A DNA stretch of 64,000 bases from contig JBLDXI010000019.1 of assembly GCA_047495785.1 (NCBI GenBank), forward strand, positions 248,001-312,000. Reading direction: 5' to 3'. Both the position numbers and the translations under genes were made by a program. A model generated the notes under the pieces. The model saw nothing but the letters and a program-made list of their open reading frames with translations. It searched no databases and was not told the DNA's origin. This DNA comes from Lepidodermella squamata (Eukaryota > Animalia > Gastrotricha). Positions 38,365 through 50,576 of this stretch are shown here, piece after piece. Numbering within the stretch: the first letter of the stretch is position 1; each line of letters opens with the position of its first letter.

Positions 38365-38432
38365 TAAAAATATTTTAAGGTGGATTTTTCATGATTTATT
38401 TTTTATTTTAGTTTATTGAGTTCTTGAGAATA

Positions 38433-38855
38433 ATGGACTACAAGATTTTGGATGAAAGCGGCGAGAAGTCTAACACCAGCCAGACGATGGCTCCGGCCGT
38501 GGTTTACATCCACACCGATCCGCCCGCTGACAAATCGACAAACAACCACCGAATTGCCGCATTGGTTCTCTCGATTACGTCATGCTTTTGCGGATCGTGG
38601 CTGTGCTCGATTCCAGCCCTGATTTTATCGCTGGTTCCGCATTGCGCCGGGTCACGAGTGTCGCGAATCCGACTTGTCCGCCCGATCTACATTGCCTCCA
38701 TTGTCTTCGCTTCGATCGCGATCGTCGTCGCTGTTGCTTGTTTGATTTATCTTGGCGTCAATTATGACAAATATCAGGCTCTTTTGAAGCGCATCTCGTC
38801 GAGAAATGGCGATGACTGCTTCTACAACGCGAGTGGCGAAAAGATTTGCTTTTAA
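38433..38855 (+). CDS. CD225/dispanin-like protein
   Basis: RIAALVLSITSCFCGSWLCSIPALILSLVPHC..RPIYIASIVFAS. Confidence 0.75.
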   Translation: MDYKILDESGEKSNTSQTMAPAVVYIHTDPPADKSTNNHRIAALVLSITSCFCGSWLCSIPALILSLVPHCAGSRVSRIRLVRPIYIASIVFASIAIVVAVACLIYLGVNYDKYQALLKRISSRNGDDCFYNASGEKICF

Positions 38856-39399
38856 AGCTGGAAGGAATTTTCCATTTTTTTTTCTTTTAAACATCGAGAT
38901 TGTGATGATCTGTGATGAATCACAGTGATGATTATTTTATCCAAGATTTTATCTATTCTTTGCGAATAAATTTCGGTGTTGGTAGCGAGTTGCTTCAAAA
39001 ATAGCCATTTCGTAAGCCATATCAGTGACCTAGATACAATATTCAAGTGCTACTAGGTCGAATGCGAATGAATCGCGTGACCTCGAAATGGCACACCAGC
39101 GGTCAACCCACTAATTGGCTCGTTGCCAAAAGTACTGAGGATGCACAACGAAACTCAAGAATAGACGTAAAAAATATTACGAGTTGCTGATTTATCTTCA
39201 TAAAAGCGTAGAAAAAACCACTGTCATTCATGCTCAGTAGCTCTGTATTTGTTCTACACAACAAAAAATCGTAATGTTTTATGCGTGTGTTAGTGCCTTC
39301 ATAAAAGTACCTTGGCCTTAGCTTGAGGCGGTGTGGGAGATTATTTGTTGAAGCTGTAATCTTTAATATTCTCTAGCCAACATTTTTCGAGGAAACTAA

Positions 39400-39888
39400 A
39401 TGGATAAAAGCGATTTATCCAGCATCGGAAGCCGCCGGCCGAGTGATATTCTCATGGAAGATATCGCGAATTTTCGAGCTCCGATCGCCGAAGTCGAAGA
39501 GGATGAAAATGGGAATGCCATAATTCTCGGCTCGTCTGTAATTCTTGTAGTTCCCGAAAATCACAAGCACTCAACGCCGCTCAGTGCCAACTTCATCTCG
39601 AAATCTATAGGCTTCGAAAACGCGACGATTTTCGATGACGATCTGCCGTTTCCGGTCGCGAAAGAACGGGCGCGGAAAGTTCGGCGCACCTTTGTGGTCT
39701 GTTTGTGGTTCTTATCAGCGTTATGCCTCGGCCTCTCTGCCGGTGGGTCGATTCTCGGCCTGCAACCTACTCGAAAGCCAAATTCGGCGCAGAATTCACC
39801 GACGCCATCAATGCCAGTCTTTCTATCAGTTGTTTCTTTCCTGACTATGTCTACCGCAGTTATTTACGAGTTTACCTCGAAATATTGA
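39400..39888 (+). CDS. Small protein with two C-terminal hydrophobic helices, family unclear
   Basis: Single ORF, two TM-like segments, AATAAA downstream. Confidence 0.55.
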   Translation: MDKSDLSSIGSRRPSDILMEDIANFRAPIAEVEEDENGNAIILGSSVILVVPENHKHSTPLSANFISKSIGFENATIFDDDLPFPVAKERARKVRRTFVVCLWFLSALCLGLSAGGSILGLQPTRKPNSAQNSPTPSMPVFLSVVSFLTMSTAVIYEFTSKY

Positions 39889-40460
39889 TAAAATAGAATA
39901 AATATTGTTCAAAGAAATTAAAATACTCAAATTTGATGAATAACGAATTTTTGTTGTTGGGTGAGCCGGATCTTCAAATTTATTTTTGACGAAACCTTCC
40001 TTCTCAAGGATTAAAAATCACGGACCAATGAGGAGAAAATTATTTCTAATTTGTTTGCGAATGACGGCGATTTTACGAAATTTACCTGATTAATCGTAAA
40101 ATTTCTAAATATGTTCAAAATTTGCTTGAAAAACAGAATTATGCATGGTTGGAATTCTAGAATTTTTTGAATTTTTACTTACGAAAAACTCACCTGCAAA
40201 ACCAAAATTTCCAAGCTTACTATGTCCATGAATAAGGGTAAGGGTGAGGGTTTAATTTATCCTTAGATTGAGTTAGATTGATAATTATTTAGATAACAAT
40301 AGTGTCTAGTCACTGTCTTGGCTTCGGTGACTTCGATTGTGATTCATCTCCCCATCAAACTAAAAAAATTCTGGCACGCGCTTCAACAGTTTGGCTCAAC
40401 ATCAATTTTGGCTATTTCCATTTTTTAGCTTTTTATCTCTCATTTAATTTCAACCAAGCA

Positions 40461-41006
40461 ATGGCTACGAATGGACTACCGCCGCCATATGAACTTGTTG
40501 TCAAATATCTGGCGAAACCCGGAAAACTGCCCGACTGTGAACAAGCCGGTGCGTCCAACACAGCATTTTCAAGCAACGACACCTGGGTTATAACGCCACC
40601 GGAAGAGCCGCAAGCTGAAATTTCTCAGCAACGGCAACAACCATGGAGAAATAGTAATTCCTCCATTGCAACTATTCCTCCATGGCAACAACAATCAGCA
40701 AATTCGAGGACAGTTCTCATTAATACTAGCGCAGTCATTTCATCCCTTCCGGCGGCAATCGCGAATGACTACCCGGAGACTAAACTCAACACATTTGCGA
40801 GGTATCTGTGCCGCTTTTTCGCCATCGTCTGGTTCTTCCGCAGTCATGATTTACTGTGCTCTGCCGCCTTAATCCTCGCCTGGTTGCCTTACTGTTGCCG
40901 TAAACGAGCGCCGACTCTGAATTATCGCGCTGTGCCATTCTACATCGCTGCTAATCTTCTCATTTGCGTGGAGTTCGCTATTTTTATGACGATAAAATTC
41001 TCATAA
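40461..41006 (+). CDS. Divergent CD225-like protein with N-terminal PPPY motif
   Basis: LPPPYE; LLCSAALILAWLPYCC..PFYIAANLL. Confidence 0.6.
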   Translation: MATNGLPPPYELVVKYLAKPGKLPDCEQAGASNTAFSSNDTWVITPPEEPQAEISQQRQQPWRNSNSSIATIPPWQQQSANSRTVLINTSAVISSLPAAIANDYPETKLNTFARYLCRFFAIVWFFRSHDLLCSAALILAWLPYCCRKRAPTLNYRAVPFYIAANLLICVEFAIFMTIKFS

Positions 41007-41639
41007 ATACATCGACTGGAACTTTGAAGATTTGATTATTTGATCAATTTGATGTTTATTCAGTTACTGAAATAAAGCTTATTTGAATTACCATAATAAA
41101 AATTAAAACAAAACGCCGCCTTCTTGGAAATCATAATCATAATACAGCTCGTCGCTGGAAGAAAATAGCAGCCTTAAATCAATAAAAGCTTCCACGAGAA
41201 GTTGCACCATGCAGATAAAAAATTGCAGACGTCATCACGCTTTTCTTCGCACATCGTGCCCGACAGCAAAATTGATTACAACCCGCAACTGCTAGTCTTC
41301 GCTCAACTATAAATTGATTTAGGTTCTTCGAATAATGGCTGGAAATTCACAAAAATAACTTACTCATATTTAATCCTGCTCAGGTAACATGATTTTGCTG
41401 GTTATTTGAGAAATGTGGCGATTTGTGGGAGCTATGAGCTATGATTCATCGCTCATTTTAAAGATGACCAAAAGCAGCTAAAATTTCTCGAAAAATTCTT
41501 AAAAATCGTTGACTTTGGGTTTATTAATAGCCATCAATTCAAAGTCCTTCACCTGATCATGAACTCAAAGCATTTATCCAGAATTTTAAATTTAAATGCA
41601 TAAATGCAAATCGCCGGACAGCCTTATTGAAGGTCTGGT

Positions 41640-42074
41640 CGAAAATTATGCTCTCGACGAGACAGCATACCTGCATTCAATTCTGGTAAAGCGTCCTCCC
41701 AATCGGTTGGGCATAGGTAGGTAATTTCACCATCACCAAAAAATTAATCACCGTTTCTTTCTATAGTGGCCATCTGCCTATCGATGAGCGCTCTGACCGC
41801 AAGCTATGTAATTTTTGTTTTGAATATGAATTTACAAACTGCCAAGCTGAAGTTCGAGGCCCCGATTTATTTGGAGATTATGCACATAATAATGGTTGGC
41901 AGCTTGATTGTGTCTGGGTTGGCCTTCATCACGGCGCTGATAGCTTACTGGAATTGTTGCTGGAAATCCACGGCCGCGACTGCTGGGCAGTCAAAACTCG
42001 CCAGTTGGACGTCGATACTATTTTCAGCCATTGGATTTGCTCTTGTTTTTTCTTATATCTTTTTCATCCGCTGA
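41640..42074 (+). CDS. Small 3-TM protein, copy A of a local triplication (intron 41717-41766; start uncertain)
   Basis: High nucleotide similarity to 42670-43083 and 44310-44788. Confidence 0.6.
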
Positions 42075-42669
42075 GCGGATATTTGTGGAGACGCCATCTT
42101 ATTCGGAAAATGAGATGTTTCAGTTTGCGCGAAGTTGGGATGAAGATGGCCATGAAATTGTCGATTGGTGAATAATAAATGAATTCCTTTTAAGACCCGA
42201 GTTTTTAATGTGAACTGTCTATATTAGTGCGGCGCAGCGGGTTGCGAATTTCACGCTGAATTTTTATCAGTCTGATCCATAGTCTGATCGTTTACACATA
42301 GTAACCGATGCCGACTCCGGCAATTTTCCGAAGTGAGAAACCAAATGAAGTCGGGGCAAACTATTCTGCATGGGTCCTCCTGTTACCGGAACCAAATTTA
42401 AGGTGAGCGGAACCAAATTTTGGAATTTCTAGTGGCCTGAAATCGCTTTTCGAATATTTCTTGCGGGTCAATATTGGCCACAATAATTCTAGAAAAATCA
42501 CTACATGTCTATGAGACATAATAGTGTTCAATTCAGAATCCAATTCGTAGAATTCGCCTAAAATTCGTAGAATTTTAAAAAAATTGACTTTTGGATATTT
42601 CGACTTTGGTTCCGCTACAGCATTTTTAGTTCCGATACAGCAAATTTGGTTCCGCTAAAAGATACTCCG

Positions 42670-43083
42670 ATACTGCATTCAATCCTGGTGAAGCATGCCC
42701 CCAATCCGTTGGGCATATGTCATCATCATCGAAAAATTAATCGCAATTTCTTTCTATAGCGGCCTGCCTATCTGCCTACCGATGAGCGCTCTGACCGCAA
42801 GCTATGTAATTTTTGTTTTGAATATGAACTTACAAATTGCCGAGTCGGAGTTCGATGCCCCGATTAATTTGGAGATTATGCACATAATAATGGTTGGCAG
42901 CTTGATTGTGTCTGGGTTGGCCTTCATCACGGCGCTGGTAGCAAACGTGACTGCTGGGCTGTCAAAACTCGCCAGTTGAACTTCAATCATGTTTTCAGCC
43001 ATTGCATTGACTCTTGTTTTTGCTTACATCTATTTCCTCCGCCGAGCGGATGTTTTGGGAAACACCAACTTATTCGAAGATTG
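42670..43083 (+). pseudogene. Copy B of the 3-TM gene, degenerate
   Basis: TGG>TGA at 42977-42979, internal deletion, lost GTAGGT donor, 5' end replaced by a repeat. Confidence 0.65.
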
Positions 43084-44324
43084 AGATAGTTTACTTAGCG
43101 AAAAGCTGGAGCGAACATAGCCATGAAATTGCTGAATGCCTGTGAAAAAATGACATTGATCGACCAATGGCTGAAATTAAATAATTATCTGTTAGAAATA
43201 TCAGCTTCTACCTTGCTTGCTTGCCCATTAAAGCCCAACGGCATCTTTTCCTGCCACCCTATTTTTAAAAAATCCTGTAGGGTGACTACAACCCCAGGGT
43301 GTCTAAAAGGCATATCTCCGCGTTGGGAAATCGTATAAATTCGGGGAAAACGGATAAATGACCAGTGTCTCGTAGGCTTGGTGATGAGCTAGGAGCCGTT
43401 TTTTGGGACTGTCACCAAACTGCACTAAAGTGTCCTCAAAATCGATTTTGCACGAAGTATCACCTATGACCCAACTGAATGCATTTCTAGATAGATCTCA
43501 TCACGCTGATGAACTTTTACTTTGAGAGCGGCTTCCTAGCTATCATCGTTCTTGAGATAATCGTCCAGGTGTGACAAAAGGTAAGGTCACGTGACAAATT
43601 GACACTGGAATATCTCAATAATGGTAGATGATAAAAATATGCGGTTTTCAGATTCTTAATCCCCGAATTTTTCTCTTACGGAAAAGCACGTGTCAATAGG
43701 GAAAGAAAAATGAAAATATTTTCCGAAAACATTCTGGGCTTTAATGGGTTTAATGGGTTCCTGCTCAGGTAAAAGTTAATGTTAAGAGATTTTCGTCATA
43801 ACGGCATTTTTTTAGGGAAGTGCGACGAGTGTTAGGAGGTGGCAGCTGAGCTATGATTCAGCACTTGATTAGATGGCCAAGGCCGCGCCCGCAAGAAAAG
43901 CAATAACATGTTCTTTTCAAAGGCGAGCGCGATGCTTTTCGATTGTGAGTCATGCAATTGTTCACGATTTTATTGCTTATTTCGCGGATGCTCTAATGTT
44001 ATATCAAGTTGACGCAACGGCGCCTATTATCAAGTCATGTTTTTCGGGTCTAAAATCACTACAGCGGTACAGAAATGATGTCCCTGTTCAAAGCAAATTT
44101 TTCGAAAAATGCTATAAAGTCGTTGACATCAGGAAAACTTCTGATCTGGAACTCAAAGCAAATTACGCGTTGTTTTGGTTAGAGTTTAGTTCACCCAGAA
44201 GAAATTTGTCAAAAATAGTCAAAAGCTCCCCTGTAACAGGTATGTGTGTAAGAAGTGCAATTTTCCTATATGGTTAAATTTTTTATACTTAGATGCCTGA
44301 AAGCGAATGGCCTGGTTGAAATTA

Positions 44325-44788
44325 TGGTCGGCAATAAGGCATTTCTGCTGTTAATCTTGGTGAAGCGCCACCCCAATCTATTGAGTACTGGTAGGTAATT
44401 TTTATCACCGGAAAAGTTATCACAATTTATTTCTGTAGCCGCAATCTACCTATCGATGAGCGCTCTGACCGCAAGCTGCGCAATTCTTGTTTTGAATATG
44501 AATCTGCCAATTGCCAAGCTGAAGTTTGAGGCACCGATGAGTTTGGATATGATGTACAAAATAATGGTTGCCAGCTTGATTGTGGCTGGGTTGGCTTTCT
44601 TCACGGCGCTGATAGCTAACGGGACATGTTGCTGGAGATCCACTACGGCCGTGACTATTTGGCTGTCAAAACTCGCCAGTTGGACTTCGATCATATTTTC
44701 AACTTTTGGATTTGCGCTTATTTTTTCATATATCGTTTTCCTCCGCAGAGCGGATATTTTGGGAGACACCATCTTATTCGAAGATTGA
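44325..44788 (+). CDS. Copy C of the 3-TM gene (intron 44391-44437; start uncertain)
   Basis: MSALTASCAILVLNMNL..KLASWTSIIFS. Confidence 0.6.
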
Positions 44789-45251
44789 GATGATTTGGTT
44801 TGCGAAACGCTGGGATGAAGATGGCCATGAAAAATAAAAAATGAATTCCTTGGAAGACCCGCGCTTTTTCTACATTTTGAATTGTCTACATTAGCGCGGC
44901 GCAACGGGATTTGACGCTGAATTTTTATCAGTCTAATCGTTTACACATAGGAATCGATGCCGAACCCAAAAATTTTCGGCCTGAAGTGAGAAACCAAATA
45001 AAGTTGGGGCAATTTATTTCTTATAGAAACGAACTTTTCCTCAACTAATTGATCTATGAGGAAACACGGAAGAGATTCGACGAGGGCGGATAACAAGATC
45101 AGCATAATATCGGCTGCAGATCTTTTCAGCGAAGCGACCTTTCATTTTTCGTTCGAACGTCTAAAAACACGCGAAGTTCAATTACAAATAGGCAGTAATC
45201 ACCTTTTTTTCAGAATCCAAATTCTGAATTTCCGTATACTTTTCAGTCGCC

Positions 45252-45560
45252 GTGTTATTGTCGGTTTTTTCAATGTCCACAAGTGTTGCTATTCTCTTGG
45301 TGGATAGCTCCGCCTTTGTAAATCAACCTCATTTTGAGTCATCGGCGAAAACCGCGCGAATTTTCTCGAGAACGGCCGCGACATTATTCGCAGCTTTGGC
45401 AATTTTTACGGCACTGATAGCTGCTATTTTACACTGGCAAAGACCAACAGCCTTCGCCGTCGAAGCAGCAACTTGGGGCTCGGCAATATTTTCCGCAGTT
45501 GCAGTGGCCAATGTCTTGATTTACATGCTCATCTTCTGCTTAGTTTTAAATTCGAATTAA
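45252..45560 (+). CDS. More distant member of the 3-TM family (last exon)
   Basis: ALAIFTALIA..ATWGSAIFSA aligns by eye with GLAFITALIA..ASWTSILFSA. Confidence 0.5.
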   Translation: MLLSVFSMSTSVAILLVDSSAFVNQPHFESSAKTARIFSRTAATLFAALAIFTALIAAILHWQRPTAFAVEAATWGSAIFSAVAVANVLIYMLIFCLVLNSN

Positions 45561-45861
45561 ATCCTGGTTACGTATTTGCAATAATTGTTTAATAAAAATA
45601 ATTGAATGTGTTTTAAGATGGATGTGGGTCAAGTGTGTGGAAAAACGTTAAGATGGCTTGACCTCAACAGATGAGTCATAAAAAAGAAAGCGCGAGCCAG
45701 ATTTTATGAGTCATGTTTCAAGCTGGGAGCATCGTCGTCGTAATTACCACAACAAAATGCAGCTTAAATTGCAACAATTTTACAGAATGCTAGAAGACAT
45801 TTCTAAATTTATTTTATAATTGTAAAATTGTTATAATTATAAAAATTGTCGGCTTCGTCGA

Positions 45862-46245
45862 ATGTCAGTACAACGGCCTTGCAATCTCAACACATCTGAA
45901 GGCATAAATCCTGTACCATTCACCGTAATCGATATGGCACTCAATTCTCCAGCTGAACTTCGCAATGTCAGATTTCAAATCGACGAAGATCGACCGCGGA
46001 GAAAATGCCCGAAATGCTGGCTGGCAATAACTCTGAGCTGCCTGGTATTTGTGGCAATCTCGCTAGCGGCGATTCTGTGCAGAAACATGGACGAATGGAT
46101 CATTCAATTCGCGTTCCTTATCCCAGTTATTGCCTTCATTTTACTCCTGCGGCTGGCCGCATGCTCCAGTGACTTCAAGCCGACATCAAGCAGCAGATCC
46201 GACTCTAATAATTCATACCGACGTCTCAGTTTTATATCTCTATGA
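45862..46245 (+). CDS. Small two-TM protein
   Basis: WLAITLSCLVFVAISLAAILC and IIQFAFLIPVIAFILLL. Confidence 0.55.
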   Translation: MSVQRPCNLNTSEGINPVPFTVIDMALNSPAELRNVRFQIDEDRPRRKCPKCWLAITLSCLVFVAISLAAILCRNMDEWIIQFAFLIPVIAFILLLRLAACSSDFKPTSSSRSDSNNSYRRLSFISL

Positions 46246-46335
46246 ATAAATTAATACCGATTAATCTAGAATAAAAAATTGATTGAGTAAACAAATCGCA
46301 TTTTTTTCATCCGCGGCGAGGAGAATTATTTCAGA

Positions 46336-46914
46336 ATGGCAGGGAATAAGGACCACTCAGACGTAGCTTATTCACCTCTTGAAGATTCCAGCGATGATTC
46401 TTCTGTCGACAAATTCTCGACTAAAGCTCAAGATGGAACCAACTCAGATTACAGACCTGCTGTTATTACAATCGCCGAGACTGAGACGAAAGCTCCTGAA
46501 CCGCAGGTAACTCGTTCCAAGTCCGTAAAATTCAATCCCAAGGTCAAAAAGTACTCGCCAAACGCCGAAGTTATCATACCATCATCGATAATACCAGCTA
46601 GGACTCGGCAGGAAGACATCGAGCGGCAGTGGAGCAGATACGGCAAAACAATGTTGTGGAAAGCAGCGTTCATCAACGCCATGTTCTGCTTTGTTGTGCC
46701 GCTGTTGTACTCGATACCTGGTCTCATCGTGGCGCTGGTCGCCAGGGCTAAACCTGTCAATTACCCGTATAAACGAGAAATGTTCAAGTTCGCTGAGTTT
46801 TTCTTGAATATGTCGCTGCTTTGTAATATCGCAATCGCTAGTACACTGGCGCTTCTAGTAATGTTATTTTATGGTTTAACGCTGTATCGCAACCATCATT
46901 TGGAAATAAATTAA
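46336..46914 (+). CDS. CD225/dispanin-like protein
   Basis: AAFINAMFCFVVPLLYSIPGLIVALVA plus second TM. Confidence 0.65.
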   Translation: MAGNKDHSDVAYSPLEDSSDDSSVDKFSTKAQDGTNSDYRPAVITIAETETKAPEPQVTRSKSVKFNPKVKKYSPNAEVIIPSSIIPARTRQEDIERQWSRYGKTMLWKAAFINAMFCFVVPLLYSIPGLIVALVARAKPVNYPYKREMFKFAEFFLNMSLLCNIAIASTLALLVMLFYGLTLYRNHHLEIN

Positions 46915-47386
46915 ATAGGAGGTTAGAAAGCCCTCAGATTCTAATAATATTTTATATCGATGTCATAGAAATCATAGATTAACCTGATCTGATTTATCTC
47001 CGGGATCTCAGTGTCAATATCATATAAGCCCTCCCCATTATTGCGAGAAATAATTCCTATATAAATTTCAAAAAATCAGCAATTCACGCTTTGGTAAGGC
47101 GCTGATAGATTCGATAGATTCATAGATAAAGGTTAAGATGTGAAACTCTCGATCCTCTAATGTTGTCAAAATCTCGCGGTGCAAAGGTCACCATCTGCCA
47201 AGTAAAAAAGCGTGCTTTTATCAAAGCAATGTGTGCCTAGACCGAAGCATTAAAAAGGGTAATTTTTTCCCTTAATTTTACGATAACTATCTTCTTCAAA
47301 ATGAATTAAAATGATACGCATGGCCGTAAATTTTGCTGGCTTTCAAATGAATCCAAGCTCGTCGCGCCCCAAAATAGAGAAGGACC

Positions 47387-47623
47387 TCTATAATTAAACA
47401 AAGGTGGTCACAAAATTTCAAATTCGACATTTTTTGACAATTGCCGGGACGGTAAATTTCAAAATTATGCATGCAAAAAATCTATAAAAATATGCATAAT
47501 TCAAGTCGCATTGAGATCTACCTTCAGGTGAAAAACGCATGCAAAATTTTGAAATTTACCGTCCCGAAAATTGTCGAAAATGTCGAAATTGAAATTTTGT
47601 GTCAACCTTTGTTTAATTATAGA
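47387..47623. mobile_element. MITE with ~90 bp terminal inverted repeats
   Basis: tctataattaaacaaagg..gcatgc mirrored by gcatgc..cctttgtttaattataga. Confidence 0.85.
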
Positions 47624-47773
47624 TGGTTCTACTAAGAATGCCTGAAAACTTCGGAAACGCAATGGAGATTTTCATTGAATTTTAGTAATATTTTATTAAA
47701 TCCGACAGCTTTCGACGTCTTTAAACATTCAAAATTTCAAATTCGATCAAAATGAATCGAGGTTTCATGAAGT

Positions 47774-48403
47774 TTAAGAGGCAGCATTCCTTCTTCCATA
47801 GACGATGGCTATAGGTAAGCAGATCGCCACAACAACGATCGCCAGGACCGAAAAGACGATAGACGTGATGAACCACGGCCGGAGTCGCTTCTTGTTATAG
47901 GGAACACAGTGCGGCACAACCGCACAGCAAACCGCAGGCAGTGAAACGATCGCGGTGAAAATCATCGCAACTACAGCCATGCTAAGCGCTCCAATCCTAC
48001 AACAGTCATTATCGTACTCCGACGCGTCAAACCGCGGCGATTTCACGATCTGAACCGGGGCTGGCTGAGTGCTGACATTCACCGACGGAAAAGCTCGAAT
48101 TTGCTGCTGATAGACAACCGGGGCTGATTGCTGCCTTTGGTAGTAACTCGCCTGACTAACAGGCCGAACCTGTTGGTAGTAAATCGGTGCCTGAGACGGG
48201 TGAAGAACCACCTCTTGGTTTTTCGCCGCGACTTCTTGGTCGATAGCTAAGCTGTGCCTATTATAATCCGAATCCAAGTAGTAAGAATCTGATTCATATT
48301 CCGGCTCATCTTCGACCATTACAGTTCGGCCATAAGCAACAGTTTGGCCATAGCTTGACCTGCTTGGAATAGTTACTCGGTAGTAACGACCTGGGTACGA
48401 CAT
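47774..48403 (-). CDS. CD225/dispanin-like protein with Tyr/Gln/Pro-rich N-terminus (only inverted member)
   Basis: RIGALSMAVVAMIF..SLPAVCCAVVPHC..RPWFITSIVFSVLAI. Confidence 0.75.
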   Translation of the reverse strand: MSYPGRYYRVTIPSRSSYGQTVAYGRTVMVEDEPEYESDSYYLDSDYNRHSLAIDQEVAAKNQEVVLHPSQAPIYYQQVRPVSQASYYQRQQSAPVVYQQQIRAFPSVNVSTQPAPVQIVKSPRFDASEYDNDCCRIGALSMAVVAMIFTAIVSLPAVCCAVVPHCVPYNKKRLRPWFITSIVFSVLAIVVVAICLPIAIVYGRRNAAS

Positions 48404-48771
48404 TGAGGTGAAATAATCTCAAATAACCTTTTGGCTAAATGGCTATGTGGTTTCATTCTCTTCTCGGTTTTTTCATCTCATTTTTTTCTGAAGTGTGTAA
48501 AAGGCATTAAGGAAGGTACGTAGTGCCGCTCACACGCGCTGTTCCTTTCGTGTGAAGGTATACATCAGACTTTATCTCAAGTGGATTTATTAGCATATTA
48601 GGTGTATGCTTAAACCAGATGAACAAAAAATTTGGCCGTTTTAGCGAGACCATTTTAGTTTCAAGATCGAGACCTTTCATTGAAATTTAAAAATTTGAAA
48701 AATTTGAAATTCAAATTCAATTCAAATTTAATTTAAAATTTAAATTTAAGAAATTCGAAATTCAAAACGCA

Positions 48772-49694
48772 TAGAGGGCTGTGATCGTACATAAATAAGA
48801 TTTATAACAACATTATAATGACGTTATAGTGCGACCCAGAAAAAAAATCTATCGTACACTTTTTATTGTTGGTGCTATATTATTGCCTATTCTGCCTATT
48901 CTGTTGCTTCAATTGCATTCTTTACTACAGTTATTATCACTAGTTTCAGCAGATCGTTTTCGATAAACCGGTAAATCGAATCACGAGTTTCAAAATATAT
49001 GATAGATTGAGGATTATCATTCAATTTCATCGCACGCCTGTTACCTTTTAACTGGTATCTAACAGCTTTCTCAGCAGAATAAGAAGCTATAGAAGCTGGC
49101 ATTACCCCTGAGAAATATTTTTCTCCTTTGACAAATTCCACAATCATTCGATGACTTGAAATCTAGCTATTGCATCATTCGAAATGGCAGCTTTTACGAG
49201 GCACTTCAATGTTATGCCAAATAAGTCGTGAGAGGGTAAATTTTTCAAGCTGGGGAAAACTCGTTTGTGATTAAAATCACAAAAGAAAGGCATCAGCATA
49301 CAGGTAGTTTGTGACACGAAAAATGCGGCTATTGGCGGATTGAAAATCGAGTTAGCTTTTGGTAGTTTTTGTATCACGATTATTTTCTTAAGAAAAATGG
49401 TAAAAACTAGCTTTCCAGATTCAACAAAAGAATTGGAACATCGTCTTGAGGCCATTGGCTGTGCAGACCGCGAGGGCAGCGTTTCACCTCTGCGCGCAAT
49501 GTCAAAATTTATGAATGAAGGAAATGACCCAAATGACGTGAATAACGTAAGAGAATATTAGAACTCAAACAGCAGCAAAAAATCACAGTATTTTTTTGCT
49601 TCACATAAAACTTAGCGCGAGCGATTTATATTAGCGTTATAAGCAAAAAATAAATTTATAACAAATTTATTACTCTTTCGATCACAGCCCTCTA
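48772..49694. mobile_element. Non-autonomous TIR element, ~920 bp, possibly hAT-like
   Basis: TAGAGGGCTGTGATCG ... CGATCACAGCCCTCTA; no clear target-site duplication. Confidence 0.7.
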
Positions 49695-50093
49695 AGTCAA
49701 ACTTATAATTTAAATTTCATTAAAATTGAATTTTTAAAAATTTCGCCGTTTTTGAATTGAGTTTCGCGGTCGAGATCTTTCATTGGTAGGTCAAACACTT
49801 AATTCGGATGAAAGTTTGCCGATTTTGCCTTCCGTTATTAAGCTTTAATTGAAATTTCGGAGCATTTTTCCCCATGTTTATTCTCTCGTAAAACTGATCC
49901 CTTTTTTGTTTGAATAGGTGCAAAACAACGCGTTGACTTGAAGATGTATACTAGTTATAACATGTTACTCATCGCGAGTGAGTGAAGCTACTATATACAA
50001 GCTCGTCAACTATTTTATTTTTTTCTCCTAAGCTAACACACCGCTTCTCTCATTATTAAAACATCGAAGGTGCTATTATCCCACTCGTAAAAC

Positions 50094-50576
50094 ATGCTGC
50101 ATTTGGAGAAGGACGAACCGGCTGCATTCCAGTACCAACGCCTTGCTGGCATCGAAGCAGCCGAGGAGCATCAGTCGCTGAATGGGACTAGTAACACCCT
50201 GAGTTACACATTCCTGCCTGGCTCGACGACCATCGTCATCCGGGCGCCGTCCGACCAGCCTGTTCACCCGTCGATCTCAATACTCAGCTATGACGCGAAG
50301 ACTGATAGCCAACGTCAGACTTCGTTGATACTGTCGATTCTGTCGATTTTCTGCGGTATGTGGGTGTGCACGATTCCGGCGCTGATTTTATACTTTGTAC
50401 CCTACTGCCTTCGGACGAATCGGACGAAATCCGCCCGGCCTTACTACATCGCTTCGATAATTTTAGCCTCGTTGGCGATTGTCATCGGCCTGGCAATAAT
50501 AATTGCGTATATCGCAGTTCGAGAATCTTTGAAAGACAGCCAAATTTCCGAATCCGGGAATGATCACAAAATTTGA
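50094..50576 (+). CDS. CD225/dispanin-like protein
   Basis: SLILSILSIFCGMWVCTIPALIL..RPYYIASIILASLAI. Confidence 0.75.
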   Translation: MLHLEKDEPAAFQYQRLAGIEAAEEHQSLNGTSNTLSYTFLPGSTTIVIRAPSDQPVHPSISILSYDAKTDSQRQTSLILSILSIFCGMWVCTIPALILYFVPYCLRTNRTKSARPYYIASIILASLAIVIGLAIIIAYIAVRESLKDSQISESGNDHKI

